A stretch of 64,000 bases of DNA from the human T2T-CHM13v2.0 reference genome, Homo sapiens. The stretch lies in the NCBI RefSeq assembly GCF_009914755.1, contig NC_060928.1; one strand, written 5' to 3'. Of the stretch, positions 39,129-53,400 are shown one piece after another (within the stretch, counting starts at the first letter, position 1; the number at the start of each line of letters is the position of its first letter). The notes under the pieces are model-generated. The model ran no database searches. It was not told the DNA's origin and saw nothing but the letters and a program-made list of their open reading frames with translations. The position numbers and the translations under genes are program-made.

Positions 39129-42100
39129 TTCCATAACATTCTTAAAGTTCTAGATTAAGTAAGGAAAGTTCTGGTGTTCCTAAGGTAGGCTAAGTAAATA
39201 AGCAAATGGCAACGTGCCTTGCAGGATATCTCGAAATGCTTAGAGAAAGGATGTGGCAATGCAGGACCGCTTCCAGAGATTCCAGAGCTGCCCAGTATTG
39301 CTGCAGAAGTCATCAGGTGTCCACCCACAGTGTAGTTCAAACGACAAAGGGCAAGTGACTGGGGGTGGGGGATACAAGGAATCAGTCACCGCTGCTTGCA
39401 ACTTTAACCAAGAATTTCACTTGAAAGGAAGAGGTCCAGAGTTTATATTTAATCCATAACACTATAAACAAAGTGTGTGCCTTTAAAATAAGGAACCATG
39501 CAGTTTTCTCCCTTTGAAAGCTGCATAGAGGGATTTTTCATTGCTTGCTATAAGCTATCAAAATTCCCAGTAAGAGGGCCCCCCTGGTAGTTCCCTTATT
39601 CTTTGTGTTGGTGCTTCAGAGTTGTATTTTCCATGGTATTCTGAATTCTTTCTGGGTTGGCTTTGATCCTCATCTAGACTTCATTGTTAAGCATCCTTTA
39701 CCCATTAGCCCTGAAGGTAGATTACATTGTTTATGGGTTCCCCAGAGATCAATACAATTAGTTTTCAAGAAGAGATGTTAAACATTGGAAGGTAATTTTT
39801 ATGAGTATTTTGAAAAAATACTCATGATTATTAAATTAGCCACAAATCCAAAGGGAAAAATGGATTTTTATTTCCTTTTAAAACCTCTTAACTTTTAAAA
39901 ATAGTTAAGATTTTAAGCCTGAAACTTCACTTACAATTGGAAACTTTCTCAGCCTTCATTGCACTTGTTAAAGAAGTCATTGTTAATGTTCAGTCTTTAT
40001 AATGGAAACCTGGGCAATAACATATGAGCTTTAGTGTTACTCTTCATGTTTAGATATTTTTGGGACCAGAAAAAGCTAAGTCAGTTTTTTTCATGTAACC
40101 AGTTTTTAATTGCTCCACATCTTGGTTAATTTTTTTGACCCATTTGGGAACATCTTTCTCTATCCTCTGTGGGAGAGCATGGAAGTATTTTGCTTTTATA
40201 GATCGGTGTATGAAACTCCTTATAGATTTTATAGAGCCACAAAAGACTCAATCTAGGAATTCTTTTCCAAGTAAAATAAAAATACAGTTAGAGCACTGTG
40301 CAGCGATTCAAGAATCACAGCTCTAGTCCAGGCCTGTTTAGAAATGAACTCCACCACATTTACAAACACGGGCTCCCAAAGTGTACAAAAGGAAACATGT
40401 CAGATTTACTTAGGAACCAAGCAAATCATTTCTCTAAGGAAAAACAGTATTTCTATCAGGTAATTAGGAGTTACCCTTTCATGGAACACATATAGCGCTG
40501 CATTATATATTTCTACAGAAAAACAGTAACTAGTGCTTTTGTAAGGTAGTAAAATATTTAATCTGCATAAATAACTAGTTGGAGTAGTTTTTCATCTTTG
40601 GAAACTTTGTTAGGGTCTACAGAAGTAGAGAAGTGTTTTAATTGCTGTTGCTGCATAGCACCTCTTGTGAAACTGAGTTTTGTCTTCACTTTGAATGGTC
40701 TAACAAACAATTTGGCCACAGAGTAGATTTCCCGGGGGAAAAAAAAAAGTTTTCATCCCAAATTTCCTAATTCTACAAACTGTTTTTGAACATGCACTGA
40801 GAGAAGTAGGTCATTAATACTGAAGGAAGGACTGGTTTCTACTTTTTAGAAACATAAGAAATTATTTGATTCTGGGTCTGATTGCTGAGTTCTCCATATA
40901 TGCAACTAATATTAACATGAGAGTTACAAAGTTGCCTCTTACTTAAATTTGAGTTAATAAAAACTCTCAAGAACACACTACCCCTAAGGAAAACACTGCA
41001 ATTAGTTTGCAAATGAATGAACTGGAAAAGAACATTTACTCCTTTGTGGTAACACTCTATTTTACAAGTTTAGAAGTCATAAAATAATGGGATTTTTATA
41101 ATACTGTTGACAATCAGTATTTTGTAAACTAAAAATTCCTTTGGTTAATAACTATTACTATTCCTTATGCTTTTTCTACTATGATTTTTTTTTACTTTGT
41201 TAATACTGCTCTTTCATTGCCAAAAATGATTGCAAATGCCCCTTTTAATTTGTGTGGATTGAGTGCTCACAAGAGTGTTCCTACAGACTTATTGACCCCT
41301 TCTAGAAATTTCCTACTGTTGAGCACCACTAAAGATGCCTGCTGGTCTGCTGACCAAGTGAACAGGAACAGGGTATTAGACATGAGTTGCTTTTTGAGAA
41401 AAATCTGCTTTTGTGGGAAATACAGTCGAAAATGATTCTGATTGACTTAATTATAAATTACCAAGGAAAAAAATAAGGATAACTGTATTTACAACTTAGT
41501 CATTTACAAAAATATGTCTTCCATCAACCTCCTTTTCTCCTTGTCCTGAAAACTTCAATTTGATCTTTACCATCTTAAAATAGTATACTTCTCAATGCCT
41601 TGCTAGTTTATTAAAAAAGGACAAATAGTATGTCTGATAGAAAAATAGGCCAACATCTAGATAAGTTTCACACTTGTTTAGGTAATTGTGTAAAAGTATG
41701 GATAGAGATAACCATACTGTCAAAGTGGTGTATTAAAACATATTGAACTTGTTCATTCTATCACTTAATAATTTGGAAACCTAGCTGCCCAGTACCATGT
41801 AAGCCACTGTAGAAAACCCTAAAAGAACATAAAATGCCATGTCTAGAAACAGAGCTTAAAATTAGTATGAATAGCAAAACCCATATAGAAATGACTGACA
41901 ATCACTGCATTCTGGCATCAACGGCAATATGGTAGAGATAACTGTCAACAAATAGAGTACTAATAATAATCACTGTAATACCTTATGTTTATACAGCACG
42001 TAGAAGAATACAGAGGACTTGTGCATCAAACATCTCAGTTAATCCTCAGAACAATTTGAGTGTTCCCATTTGACTACTTGAGGTGACATAGCCAATAAGA

Positions 42101-42755
42101 GCTGGAGCCAGGACTCAGACATAGGCCATCATTTCTAAGTAAAATTATTTTTCTAAGGAAAACATTACACATATTAGAAGGATGCATTCCTCAGGGGTAA
42201 GGACAATATTTGTCTTTTTTTCCAGCAGCCAGTTATGTGTCACATAATTGATCCTGAATTTAGCATATTTAGTCAGGAAATGGGATTTGACAATAAAATT
42301 AGACTTTCTATGCCTGTAGATTTTGAGACTTATAAAAAAGTTATCATTGGTATCATTAGATTTTAGAATGGCAGATTGGAGGAATTGAATCTACTTTTAA
42401 TTGGCCAAATTCTATTATTTTTACTCAAGATTAGAGACACCTCTTTGCTCATCTAATTTTAAAATATGCTATTGTTATTGATAAGCAGTTTGATGTTTTA
42501 AACCTTTAGTCCTGAATAACCATGTGGTTATACTTTCTATAGTTTTCTATAAATGCTGTATTTACATAGGCAACTGCCATTATTAGTTGCCTAAGGGATC
42601 ATTTCTGCTACTATACGGTATAGAATCAGAACTGGACTCTTAACATTGTAAATTTTTTTGTAAGTCATAAGAAAAAGTCTAGTTCTTCTGGTAGACAGAA
42701 AATAGCTGGGAAAACTGATTTACTGTTTGATATATGTGATTCTTCTTGGGTTTAG

Positions 42756-42944
<189 letters not shown>

Positions 42945-45261
42945 CTTCATACCCCCATGTCAGTGTGTGTATTCTGTATGTAAATATGTTTATATTTATA
43001 GAGCATCAATCAATATAAGCATTATTGAGAAAAATGTGACCCGTAACACTGTGTTCTGGATAAAAATGTGATTAGGAATCACGCAAAGTGCTTACTGTGT
43101 AAGCCCAAGAACAAAGGCTTTCTGAATCTTCTCAGGCAGTTCAGATTTAAAGCACCATCCAAACCTTGGAAATACGACAGGGTGTGGTAGAATTCAGCAA
43201 TATGAGAAAACCAGCCCCTAAAATGATAGCCACAAGAGATTAATTGTGTTTTTTTTCTCCTGTAATCCTTGTACTGTTCGGCTGAATTTGAAGATTGGAA
43301 GACTTATATTGAGACCAGTAACTTTACTGTAAATTTACTTTGTTTCATTGAAAAAACAAATTGATAAACATATTAAACTGGAAGAATTTTCTTTATTCAA
43401 ATGAAAACATGTTTGATGACTGGTCAAAAAATAAGCTCATAATCTATTTTTTTCATGTAGTATATAAGTCAAGAATGTTTTATTGTCATTATGTGAAACC
43501 AATATTGGCAAATAGTACTTTAATGATGAAGTAAATGACCAGAAATTATAGAAATCTGTGTTTTCCTGTAAAAATAGCACTATAGTATCACTTGAACAAT
43601 TTGATTTGGCTTTACTTACTAGGAAGCCTGGAATTCATTATTTTTTTCCTTTTATGTGCCACTGTGGCTACTTTAAATCACTCTGAGAGGTAAATGGATA
43701 TAGGATTGAAGTTATGTGGGTATTTGGCATGTGTGTGTGAAATAAATATGTAGATAGTCACATATACACAGACTGAGAGATAAATTGTTCTTGATTGCTT
43801 TATTATCATCATACTAGTGTGTTCATTATAGAGTATCTGTAGAGGTGAATGTAAAAGTAAGTCCAATCTATTTTCTTATGTCATTGAATTTGTAGTGTTA
43901 ACTTGCATATATGTTATTGGATGGGTTGTCTTTTAAAGCATTTACTAATGTACTCTGAAATTTTTAAAAGCCTTCAGATTTGTTTTCTAGTCACTTTTTT
44001 CCATATCATTTCTAATTATAGTTTATATCCTTAAAAGAAGGATGCCACAGTAGTATGTAAAACCCAAACAAGTAGAACCCAAGCAAATAAAATTATTTAA
44101 AATAATTTTAAAGTGGCTTAGTACTGCCAGTCATGTAAATTGATTCTGCTGAGGGTCTTATAAGAATTGAGATATAACAATGGTAAAACAAGCATTCAAG
44201 CACTTTTACAAAATTACCAAATTCTTAAAATGAAGCCACAGCTAGACTTGCATTTCAGGTATTAAAATTGCTTTCTTAACTGTCAAGAATCACAAAATAA
44301 CAAATCATATTATGAGTGAATATGGGGAGGGCGGGGCCAATCAGTCAATGATAATCTGAACAAATTTTAAGAGCAGATTTTAGATTAATAATGTTTTATC
44401 ACCACTAATTTGCCCACAACAAACTCAGTATTTAATTTTTCAAATTAAATATTAAATTATTTAAGTATTTTAAATAATTAAAACATTAAATGGCAACACC
44501 ATAGAATATAGGTGTTCTCTGGACCTATTCTAACCACTTAAAATTATCTTAAGTATGCATACATAAAAGCAACCACTATGAGAACTACCGTGTTAGTGGT
44601 TTTTCACTTACTGTATATTACCCTTGTAGGAATAGTTTAAGGAAATTCATTTCTTAAAAATATAGTGTCCTCAAATAATTAATTTTTTTGCAAACTTTAG
44701 TTATTACAGGCAGCAAAAACCACTGTCTGAAACTAAATCTGTGTTCAAAGATGAAGACCCCTCATTAAAAGCCAAGGACGTTCTTAAGATTGGAACTGAC
44801 ATAATTAGTCTTGACTTACTTCATTAAAGCAAGATTCAATTCCTTGTTCATTTGAGTGTTCATTATATGCCAGGCATTGACCAGTTGCAATTTTATGGTC
44901 CAGAATTAATATTATTATTCGTAAACTAGCTATAATAGAGTATATACAGTGCTGTGGGAATACAGGGGAAGAAGCAATTAAATCTGCTAGAAGGGTAAGA
45001 GAAATCTGTATGCAGGAGGCAATGCTAGCATTAAGCCAAGAAATAGTGTGAGGTGATCTTATCACACTGATGTGTTCAACTGTTTATGGGAAAAGGAAAC
45101 TAGGATGGTTTTATTTGTGAAATGTTCTACAACGCTAGAACTGTTGAACTTCTTGGGAGAAAAGGAGAATCTTTGTTTTGTTGTGCTGAGTTTGATTAGT
45201 TGCTTAACCAAGTAGAAAGAAAAGCACATCTTCCTGATCACAGTTATAAAAGAAACCCTGA

Positions 45262-45539
45262 GGCCGGGCGCGGTGGCTCAAGCCTGTAACCCCAGCACTT
45301 TGGGAGGCCAAGGAGGGAGGATCACAAGGTCAGGAGATCGAGACCATCCTGGCTAACACGGTGAAACCCCATCTCTACTAAAAATACAAAATTAGCTGGG
45401 CGTGGCGGCCGGCGCCTGTAGTCCCAGCTACTCATGAGGTTGAGGCAGGAGAATGGCGTGAACCGAGGAGGCGGAGCTTGCAGTGAGTGGAAATTGCGCC
45501 ACTGCACTCCAGCCTGGGCAACAAAGTGAGACTCCATCT

Positions 45540-45571
<32 letters not shown>
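45262..45571 (+). mobile_element. AluY, sense in LRAT 3'UTR
   Basis: gagatcgagaccatcctggctaacacg, gaatggcgtgaacc; pure A31 tail; TSD aagaaaccctga. Confidence 0.97.
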
Positions 45572-45573
<2 letters not shown>

Positions 45574-46904
45574 AGAAGAAACCCTGAGCCATTAATGTGT
45601 CTCGTAACTTGAGGAAGTTCATGAATTCTCTGGGCTTCATCCATTAAGATTCATCCTTATGCTCCTGCAAGTTTCTTATATTTATGTATTTCTATTCTGA
45701 TTTCTGAAATGATAACCTAGTAGTGTCTGATGAAGTTTTTTCATGCTTATTTTATTCTTTGTCACAGATGAAAGAAGAATAGGACTAATTGGGGCTAAGA
45801 TGAATTAATGTAAGTGTCAGATACTAGGCAGGTGTTAGGGATGAAATGATGAATGAGGCATGGACCTGTTCCTCAGAGTTTATGGCCCAGTAGACATAAT
45901 TGTATTAGGACTTTCTGCAGTTGACATTTGCATAAAGCTGACTGACTGAAGGAACAGAAAGTGAGACAGACAGATATGACCAAATTTATACAAACCATGT
46001 ACCAACACTTGAAAGATGGGTGGATATTTTCCAGGAAACAGATTTTGGGCAGGACATTCCATGCACTGGAAATAGCATGAACAAATGCATGAAAATTGCC
46101 TACAACATGCCTGGCACATAGCTGTGAGGTACCCTATGAGTTGTTGACTTGAAAACATGGAACTGCACAGGGCATTCAGGCAAGTGCAAGTGGTTCAGGG
46201 GCCAGCGCAGAGCAGAGTGCTGAGTAAAGATGTCAGAAAAGGAAAGCAATGGTCTGGTACAAGTCTTGTATAGAACAAGAAGTTTAGACTTTTGAACAGG
46301 CAATCGAGATTTGGGGTTCAGAAAGATAAATCCCAAAAGTATGGAGAACAAAGGAACTCATTTTAAAGGACTAGCTAAGATGCTCAATCTCTAAAAAAAA
46401 AAGGATCTGTATTCGTGAGAGTAGAGAGAAAGGTTGTTTAGGAAGAGTCAACAGACTTTAGCAAAATCCTTTTATTTGATTCATGCATAACTCCTGATGG
46501 AGTGTCAAGGAAGACTCATTCACTTTTCTTTCCTGCCAGAAAGTTGGTTCTTGCAAAATAGATTAACTTGATGACTATGTGTATATTGGATACTCCTAAT
46601 TTTAGCTCTGTTAGATATGTTTCTTTCTAAGGACAAGCAACTATGTATAGACTTGTTGTTTGAATTTTTTTTCAGTATATATATGTTTCTTGTTTTTCTA
46701 TTTTTCTACTTCATACTGTTAATGTCAAATATCAAAAATGTTTTCCAGCAATATCAAGTTATGGCAATGGCAAAAGTCCTTGTTGTAGATGAGAAGCATA
46801 TAAGAAATGGTTGCCAATCTTTGTTTTGTATGATCTATTTAGAGTTTTAACCAACCTAGATCTGTCAGCTAAGCTAATTTTATATTTGGTATACATGCAT
46901 GTCA

Positions 46905-46910
46905 AATAAA
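46905..46910 (+). terminator. Distal polyadenylation signal of LRAT
   Basis: AATAAA with downstream T-rich sequence (ttctctcttt and a T run at ~46969-46978). Confidence 0.7.
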
Positions 46911-47233
46911 GTTAATTTTACATACTATTCTCTCTTTAAATTTTAAATACATAAATGTAGATCACAAACTTTTTTTTTCAGCGTGGTAGCCTGAAGAATT
47001 TTGTCTTTCCAATCTTCCTTTACAGATTACCAAACTTAGTTTTATGCATTTGAAGTTAAAACTTTATGTGGATCTGTCTTCAGACTGATAATATCTATGT
47101 TATCCATATCTTGAAGCCTACCTTGATTGTGTAGGAATAGGTTCTGTGTAATATTAAATAACATATCCCTTCTCCATTGCACAAAATTAAGTAACAATGA
47201 CAACAAATAATTAGTCATAATATGAACTCTATA

Positions 47234-47790
47234 CAGTTGACCCTTGGGCAAAACAAGTTTTGTTTGTTTTTGTTTTTGAGACAGGGTCTCTCTTTGTCTT
47301 ACAGGCTGCAGTGTAGGGACACAATCCTAGCTCACTGTAATCTCAAACTCCTGGTCTCAAGCGTTCCTCCTGCCTCAGCCTCCTAAGTAGCTGGGACTAC
47401 AGGTGCATGCCACAATGCCCAGCTAATTTTCAATTTTTTTGCAGAGATGGAGTCTTGCTATGTTGCCTGGGCTGGTCTTGAACTCCTGGCTTTAATTGAC
47501 CCTCCCACCTAAGCCTCCAAAAGCACTAGGATTATGGGTGTGAGCCACCAGGCCCAGCGACAACATGGGTTTTAACTGGGTGGGTCCATTTACGTGCAAA
47601 ATTTTTCAACCAAATGTGGACAGAAAACCAAGTATTCCTAGGATCTGAAACCTGCTTATATAGGGAGGGCCAACTTCTGTATATGTGGGTTCCAGTTCCT
47701 GCAGGGCTGACTGCCAGACTTGACTATGTGTGGATTTGGGTGTACATGGGGGTCCTGGGCCAAACCTCTGAAGATATCGAGGGAACACTG
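47234..47790. mobile_element. Tigger2-family DNA transposon interrupted by AluJ
   Basis: TA|CAGTTGACCCTTG ... GAGGGAACACTG|TA termini. Confidence 0.75.
47257..47557 (-). mobile_element. AluJ
   Basis: gagacagggtctc...ctcaagcgttcctcc...gagccaccaggcccagc. Confidence 0.92.
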
Positions 47791-49339
47791 TAACCAGATT
47801 TATGGGTGAGGAGGTGATGGGATGTGAGTAGAAGCAAATTCCAGGGCCAGTCTTGAAATACATTCATAGCAGTGCCAAGGACCATAGAGGTTACTGAGCT
47901 TGATGCTTAGCCATCCAACGATATTTAAAGATGTGGAAAATCAGGCTCCTAGGGGTTGAGGTGCTTCAGAGAAAGACTCAGAACTTTGCTCCAGATTTCA
48001 TTCCATTATACCTCCCTGAGGTATAATGGCTCCCTGAGGTCTCCCAGGGATTAGAAAAACTTTTCTCCAATGAATGTATTTATTTCTTGCACACGTTCTA
48101 TGTACTTTAAGCAGGATCACACAAGAATAAACTGGTTAGAATCTTAGTCCTGGAATTGCTCAGACTAATGTAAAAGAATGGCAAGATTTTAAAATAATGG
48201 TAGGCTTGTACAAGTGTCAGAAGAGCAGATATGAAACCTTTACCTGTCTGATGGGGACCAATAAAGGAGAGGGGTGTCACGTCACAGAAGTCTTCATTAA
48301 TACCTTAACTGACCTGTAAAGAATATGAACACTTAAGGTGAAAAAGACCTCCTTTTTCCAGGCCTTTCAGGCACAGGGAGGAGCAACTATTACACAAAGG
48401 GATGGAGCCAGGAGAACCCATATCACAGTTGGGTTACAACAGGGCGTTAAGAACAATCACTTGAGATTATATTGTTGCTGTGAGAGAAAGGTGCCAGTCC
48501 TGCCACAAAGAACTCACCATTCCTTTGGAGAAGAACAAGTCTGACTCAGATAATGCTGCAGACAGGAGGCAAGTTCACGGAGGACTTTGCATTGTGAAAG
48601 TTTGGAGAGGAAAGAAAGCATTTCCCAAACTTTGCAACTGGGTCCCGTGAGTATTAGGACCATGTGATTTTCTGAAACACATGAAGAAGAGGTGTGCAGT
48701 TAGTTTGTGAGGAAAAGAAACACTTTTTTTTTTTTGGATGGGGTTTCATTTAAGGTTACAAGGAGAAGTGGAAAGTACAGAAATCACTTCAGTGCTCAGC
48801 AGATGAATAGTCACTGCTCCCTGCTCAGCTCACAACTGTTCCTGCATCCTCAAATGACTCTAGTGATATCTTCTTCTCGAGTCTGGATTCTGGTGCTGCT
48901 ATTTGCTCCCATTTAGCTTATGATGGCTACTCGCGTGGCGGCCCACCTACTGCCGCTAACTCACACTGCACCATTGTTTCTGCTGCCTTGTGGTTTTCAT
49001 TACACTTCTACCCTGTTACTTTTAGCTTCTGCTCCACTGTACCTGGTCGCCGTCTTTCATTTAAAATTGCAAAGGGATCTAACCAAGCTGACCAGTCACT
49101 ATGCAATATTTGTGGTCACAGTAAACAGTTCTCTAGCCAGGCTACTGAATGGACCATTGATTCCCCTGATGGCCTTTAGGTCTGGTACCTTCAGATCAGG
49201 TGACATCCTTAGGCTAATCACTTGTTGCCAAATTGCACGACCATGTGTTCCCAGGCATGGAGATCTACTCTTATTCTTAAGGAGCTACTCATAACTGATA
49301 TCACTTGGAGGATGGCTGTCTGCTTTAGTTTAAATGGGA

Positions 49340-50430
49340 GACCTATATCTAACGATCACTTTAGAGAGCTTATTCTGTAGCAATATAGAGAATGGATTGG
49401 ACGAGATGTAAATTAAAGAATATGAAGTCTATTACCAAGATGCAGAAGAGAAATGATGAAGACTAGATGAAGTCAGTGTGAGTGGAGATGGAGGGGAGAG
49501 AATGGATTGATTTGAGGGGTGTGAAAGATGGAGAGTGTTTCATATAGGGTCCAACCAAGGAAACAAAAACCATTCTAGGTACTGTCTAGTGGTGTGTGTG
49601 CATAAGAGATACCGTGGCTTCTCCTTTCCTTTCCTCTTACCCTCCAATCTCCTGTGAGGACTTCACATTGGGCAGCTAATGCAGAAACCAGCTAACAGGA
49701 GAGCCTGGAAAACAGCCTGCTGAGCAAGGCAACAATGTATCTGAGGGACAATAGGCAGAGGCAGGCACCAGATTAGTGTGACTGATTGTACTGTGGCATC
49801 ATGGCTAATTTAGGGAATTTTTTAAAAATGAGGCTTGGGAGAAGTATGAATCTGGTTTTGGATCTATGAAGTCTGAGTATCCCAGGGTCTCACAGTTCTC
49901 ACAGGTAGGCAATAGGAAATTGGAGTCTCATAAGACAGAGTTCAGGGATAGGAATGTATTTGGGAGTTATTATAACAGTGGTGGTTCAGGCCAAGGATGT
50001 GAGTGAGCTAGACCATCCTGGGGAAGTTTATGAAGAACTTTTTTTTTTTTAAGATAAGGATGGAAGACTAGGGTCACAAACAAGGGGAAGGAAGAATGAT
50101 CCAGAATAGTTCCAGGAGGAGACTGCAAAATAATGGTACAAAAAGTTAGAGCAGACCTCATACAGGAGAGATTGTATGAGGAAGCCAAGGAGGAGTGAGC
50201 TTTTGAAGGTATGGGTGTGAACAGCATCAAGATACAGAAATGAGATAAGAACTGATTAGTGCCTACATTGGATTTGGCAAAAAGGAGACTGTGAGTGACC
50301 TTGATTAATAGGCATTCCACTAACTTCAAGTATGGGGGTGTTAGGGATGTTGCGGTTGCGGGGAGAAGGCAGACTGTGGGTTGAGATTTAAATGGAAAAT
50401 GACTACGAGCTTCTCTTTGTAGCAGTTTGG
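49340..50430 (-). mobile_element. L2 remnants (fragmented)
   Basis: Purine-rich L2-like stretches (ggatttggcaaaaaggagactgtgagtgacctt). Confidence 0.5.
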
Positions 50431-53400
50431 TGGGAGAAGAAAGAAACAGATAAAGCCCAAAGACTCAGAAAGCAGTATAACGTGATATCTCTTACTACTT
50501 CCGCATGCTTTAGAACAAAATGTACCGTGACCTGTTGCAAGTTAATTTTTGTAATTATTTTCTGAGGGACAAACACTCTTTTTTTGTGACATTATCACAA
50601 TTGCACTTTTTTTCCAAGACTGATTACTATCAGAGGTTCAGTCTAATCAATGAGCATTCTCATTTCTACTGGCTTCTTTGAAAAGAACACATATTCAGAT
50701 TCAGAGTCTAACAGGCTCAGAGGATTGGGAAAGGGTAGAAATTAAAACTGCACTGCATGGGACTCTCGATTCTTGGGCTCTCATTCAAACAACCTGTTGA
50801 GGAAAGTCCATTACCATTCCTTCCCTTTCACGGAATGATAGAACAGAGAGATCAAGACACAGTGCAAGACTCAAACTTTCGGAAACTTTTTGACCAGCAT
50901 GACCTCATAAACACTTCAGATTCTTTATAATTAAATTATTCATTGAAAAATAGAATTGAAGGTTAAATAAATCCAGGTGGCTAACAGAGCCAATGACAAC
51001 CAGACAAAGTAATGGTTTCTTATCCCTTTGTCCTATACTAACCCAATTCACATAGCATCTTGAGACCACTTTATCTGGCACTTGACTGAATCACCATCCA
51101 TTGAAGAAGAATATGTTAGTATTCCCGAAAAAACCTTCTTGTTTATGATGAGCCAAACAATGATTCCAAATTCAAAAATTTATCAGATAAACAACACTTG
51201 TCTGCTAAGCCTGGCTCAGCAGCAGCTGCCCCCAAGAATCTGTTCAGGCATAAGCTTTATGTTGGTCTAGACACCTGATCTGACCAGGTGTCTCACTGCT
51301 GGGTAGAAACCTAAAAGGTAGCAATTGCTACATGCTTGATGAACATCAAGATTTATTTCTTCTTTAATCCCCCCATGCCCCCAATTCTCTTCTTTACACA
51401 TCACATCTCCACACACATCTTTCTCTACTTTACCTCTGACAAGTCACAGACAAATGACTGCCAGGGAATTTAACCATGGTAAATTATTTCACACTACATG
51501 CAATTTTTCTGGATGGGAAGTTGAGGTGACAATAAACTTTATATTTAAAAATATAAAGGCATTTAAGGAATAATTCAAGATGGGAGAAAATCTGAAAATG
51601 AGATTGAAGGAAGTGGATTTGCACCACCTCAGTATGTTTGAGGGGCACCTCCTCTGTGAAGTGAAGCAGCAGGCAACCAGCAGCGTTCATCTCACTGCTG
51701 CAGCAGCAGCTGGTGCATCGCCACAGCTCAGCCAGATTTCTCCACTTTGCTAGTGCTCGTCCTGACCACCCTGCGAGCCAGTGTAATGGGGATTCTCCCT
51801 CATCAGATATTTTTGAGGCAACGTTCTTTTTGCATTTATTCTCAACACACCTCAGCTGTGGGATTTCTAGTCTCAAAATATGGCCCTTTGCTTGGTTTTC
51901 AAACTCAAACTTATCCCCGCAAAAGGAAGTCCATTCTTCAGTGTGTACTAGAAAGTGGGAATGAATGGTGTAGATTAGTGGCAGTCTTTTTCTTCTTCTA
52001 ATAGAGCAGAAATACAAGTTTCAGTCACTATTTTGGGGTACTGTGTGGTTTCAATGGGCATCACTGAAATAATTGTCATCATGGCTTTACCTGAGAGTTC
52101 GGACATTTACCCTCTTACAGTGTAATTAATTACATAAAATTTGTCAACTTGCCAGTTTCCCCTTTACATTTTATTATTATTTTATTTTTATTTTCTTACT
52201 TAGAGAAAAATGAATCAACTTTCATTCTCAGAACTTGGTCTTTATTTTTTTCCAATGTAAAAGAAAACTTTGTGCTCATGTTCCTATCATGTCTAGGCTC
52301 AGGTGCCTTAGCTCTCAAGGACTTCACCTGCTCTTCTGGACTTTTCCATGCAAGGTGAACAGATGCAACGTGCAGAGTGAGCACTCTGCAAGAGACCAGA
52401 GCGTGAAAGCTTTATTAACATACTGAAACTATGGAATGTCACCACAAACTTGCCAAGCTGATTTATGATCAAAGTGCAGTGAAATGGCAATCCTATCTTG
52501 TAGTTACGTGACCAACGCTGAATATCATTCATAATAGCACAGAATGGGATCACAAGTTTCTTGAGGAGCCATGGATGCCCAAGTGTAGGGGAGAATCTTT
52601 AGATAATGAGCACTCCTGAACTCCAGTAATTATCAGTCAGAAGTGGACAGCCATGGCAACTGTTGGTGTGATCATCTACTGAATCAGAGATGACAACACA
52701 TTCAGAGCTCCCGGATGATAGAGAGGCTTAGGCTAGAGCCAATCTAATCCCTTCTGTTTATATGCAAGTTAGAGACCTATAATAACATAGGAAACTCCAG
52801 GAAATTTTGTAACAGAACCAGAGCAAAAATCTGACTTTCCTGACACTTATTCCCTGTTCTGCTCTGGGGATTCTATATTGATGTATTGTTTGCAAGCTCT
52901 CCAGCAGATATGATTCTTATTCCACACTGGTATCATTGGTAGCTTATTTGGAGAGAAAAACTTCAATCCCAAAGTTATTGTCCCACCTAGACAGCAGGGC
53001 AGACTCTTAGAAAAGTAGAAAAGATCAATTTTTATCCCTTCTGCCCCCTTTTTTGGATTGCTTGATTCTTTTCCTTGCCAGGCTCTAATAACTTGTATAA
53101 ATTTTGCATGGTATGGAAGATACCTGGTAGAATCAAGGAGTTCTTCCAAGAACCCAGAGGATCTGTAGGGTTCCACATTTGTAGCCTTAAGCATTAACTT
53201 TTTCCTGGCAGGGCAAGGCAGCCAGCTTATTCCCATGACAGAGAATTCAGTTCCTTCACTCCTTTCATTCAGTTCACATGTATTCACTGTCCACAATATG
53301 CTAGGCATTGAACTTGGTAGTGGGGCTACAGAGGTAAAGGACAAAAGTTTCTATTCTCATGGAAAAGGTATGTTGTGACCACAGAGTTACAATTATCTGA

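Larger units (their letters stand above)
42945..46930 (+). other. LRAT: LRAT long 3'UTR (~4 kb, contains an AluY and L2 remnants)
   Basis: Runs from the stop codon to AATAAA 46905-46910 followed by U-rich sequence; consistent with the ~5 kb LRAT mRNA (recalled). Confidence 0.75.

Noticed and set aside
51484-52017. 177-aa minus-strand ORF (also the 165-aa ORF at 52847-53344)
   Set aside because: No homology recognised, no splice or promoter context; compatible with chance.
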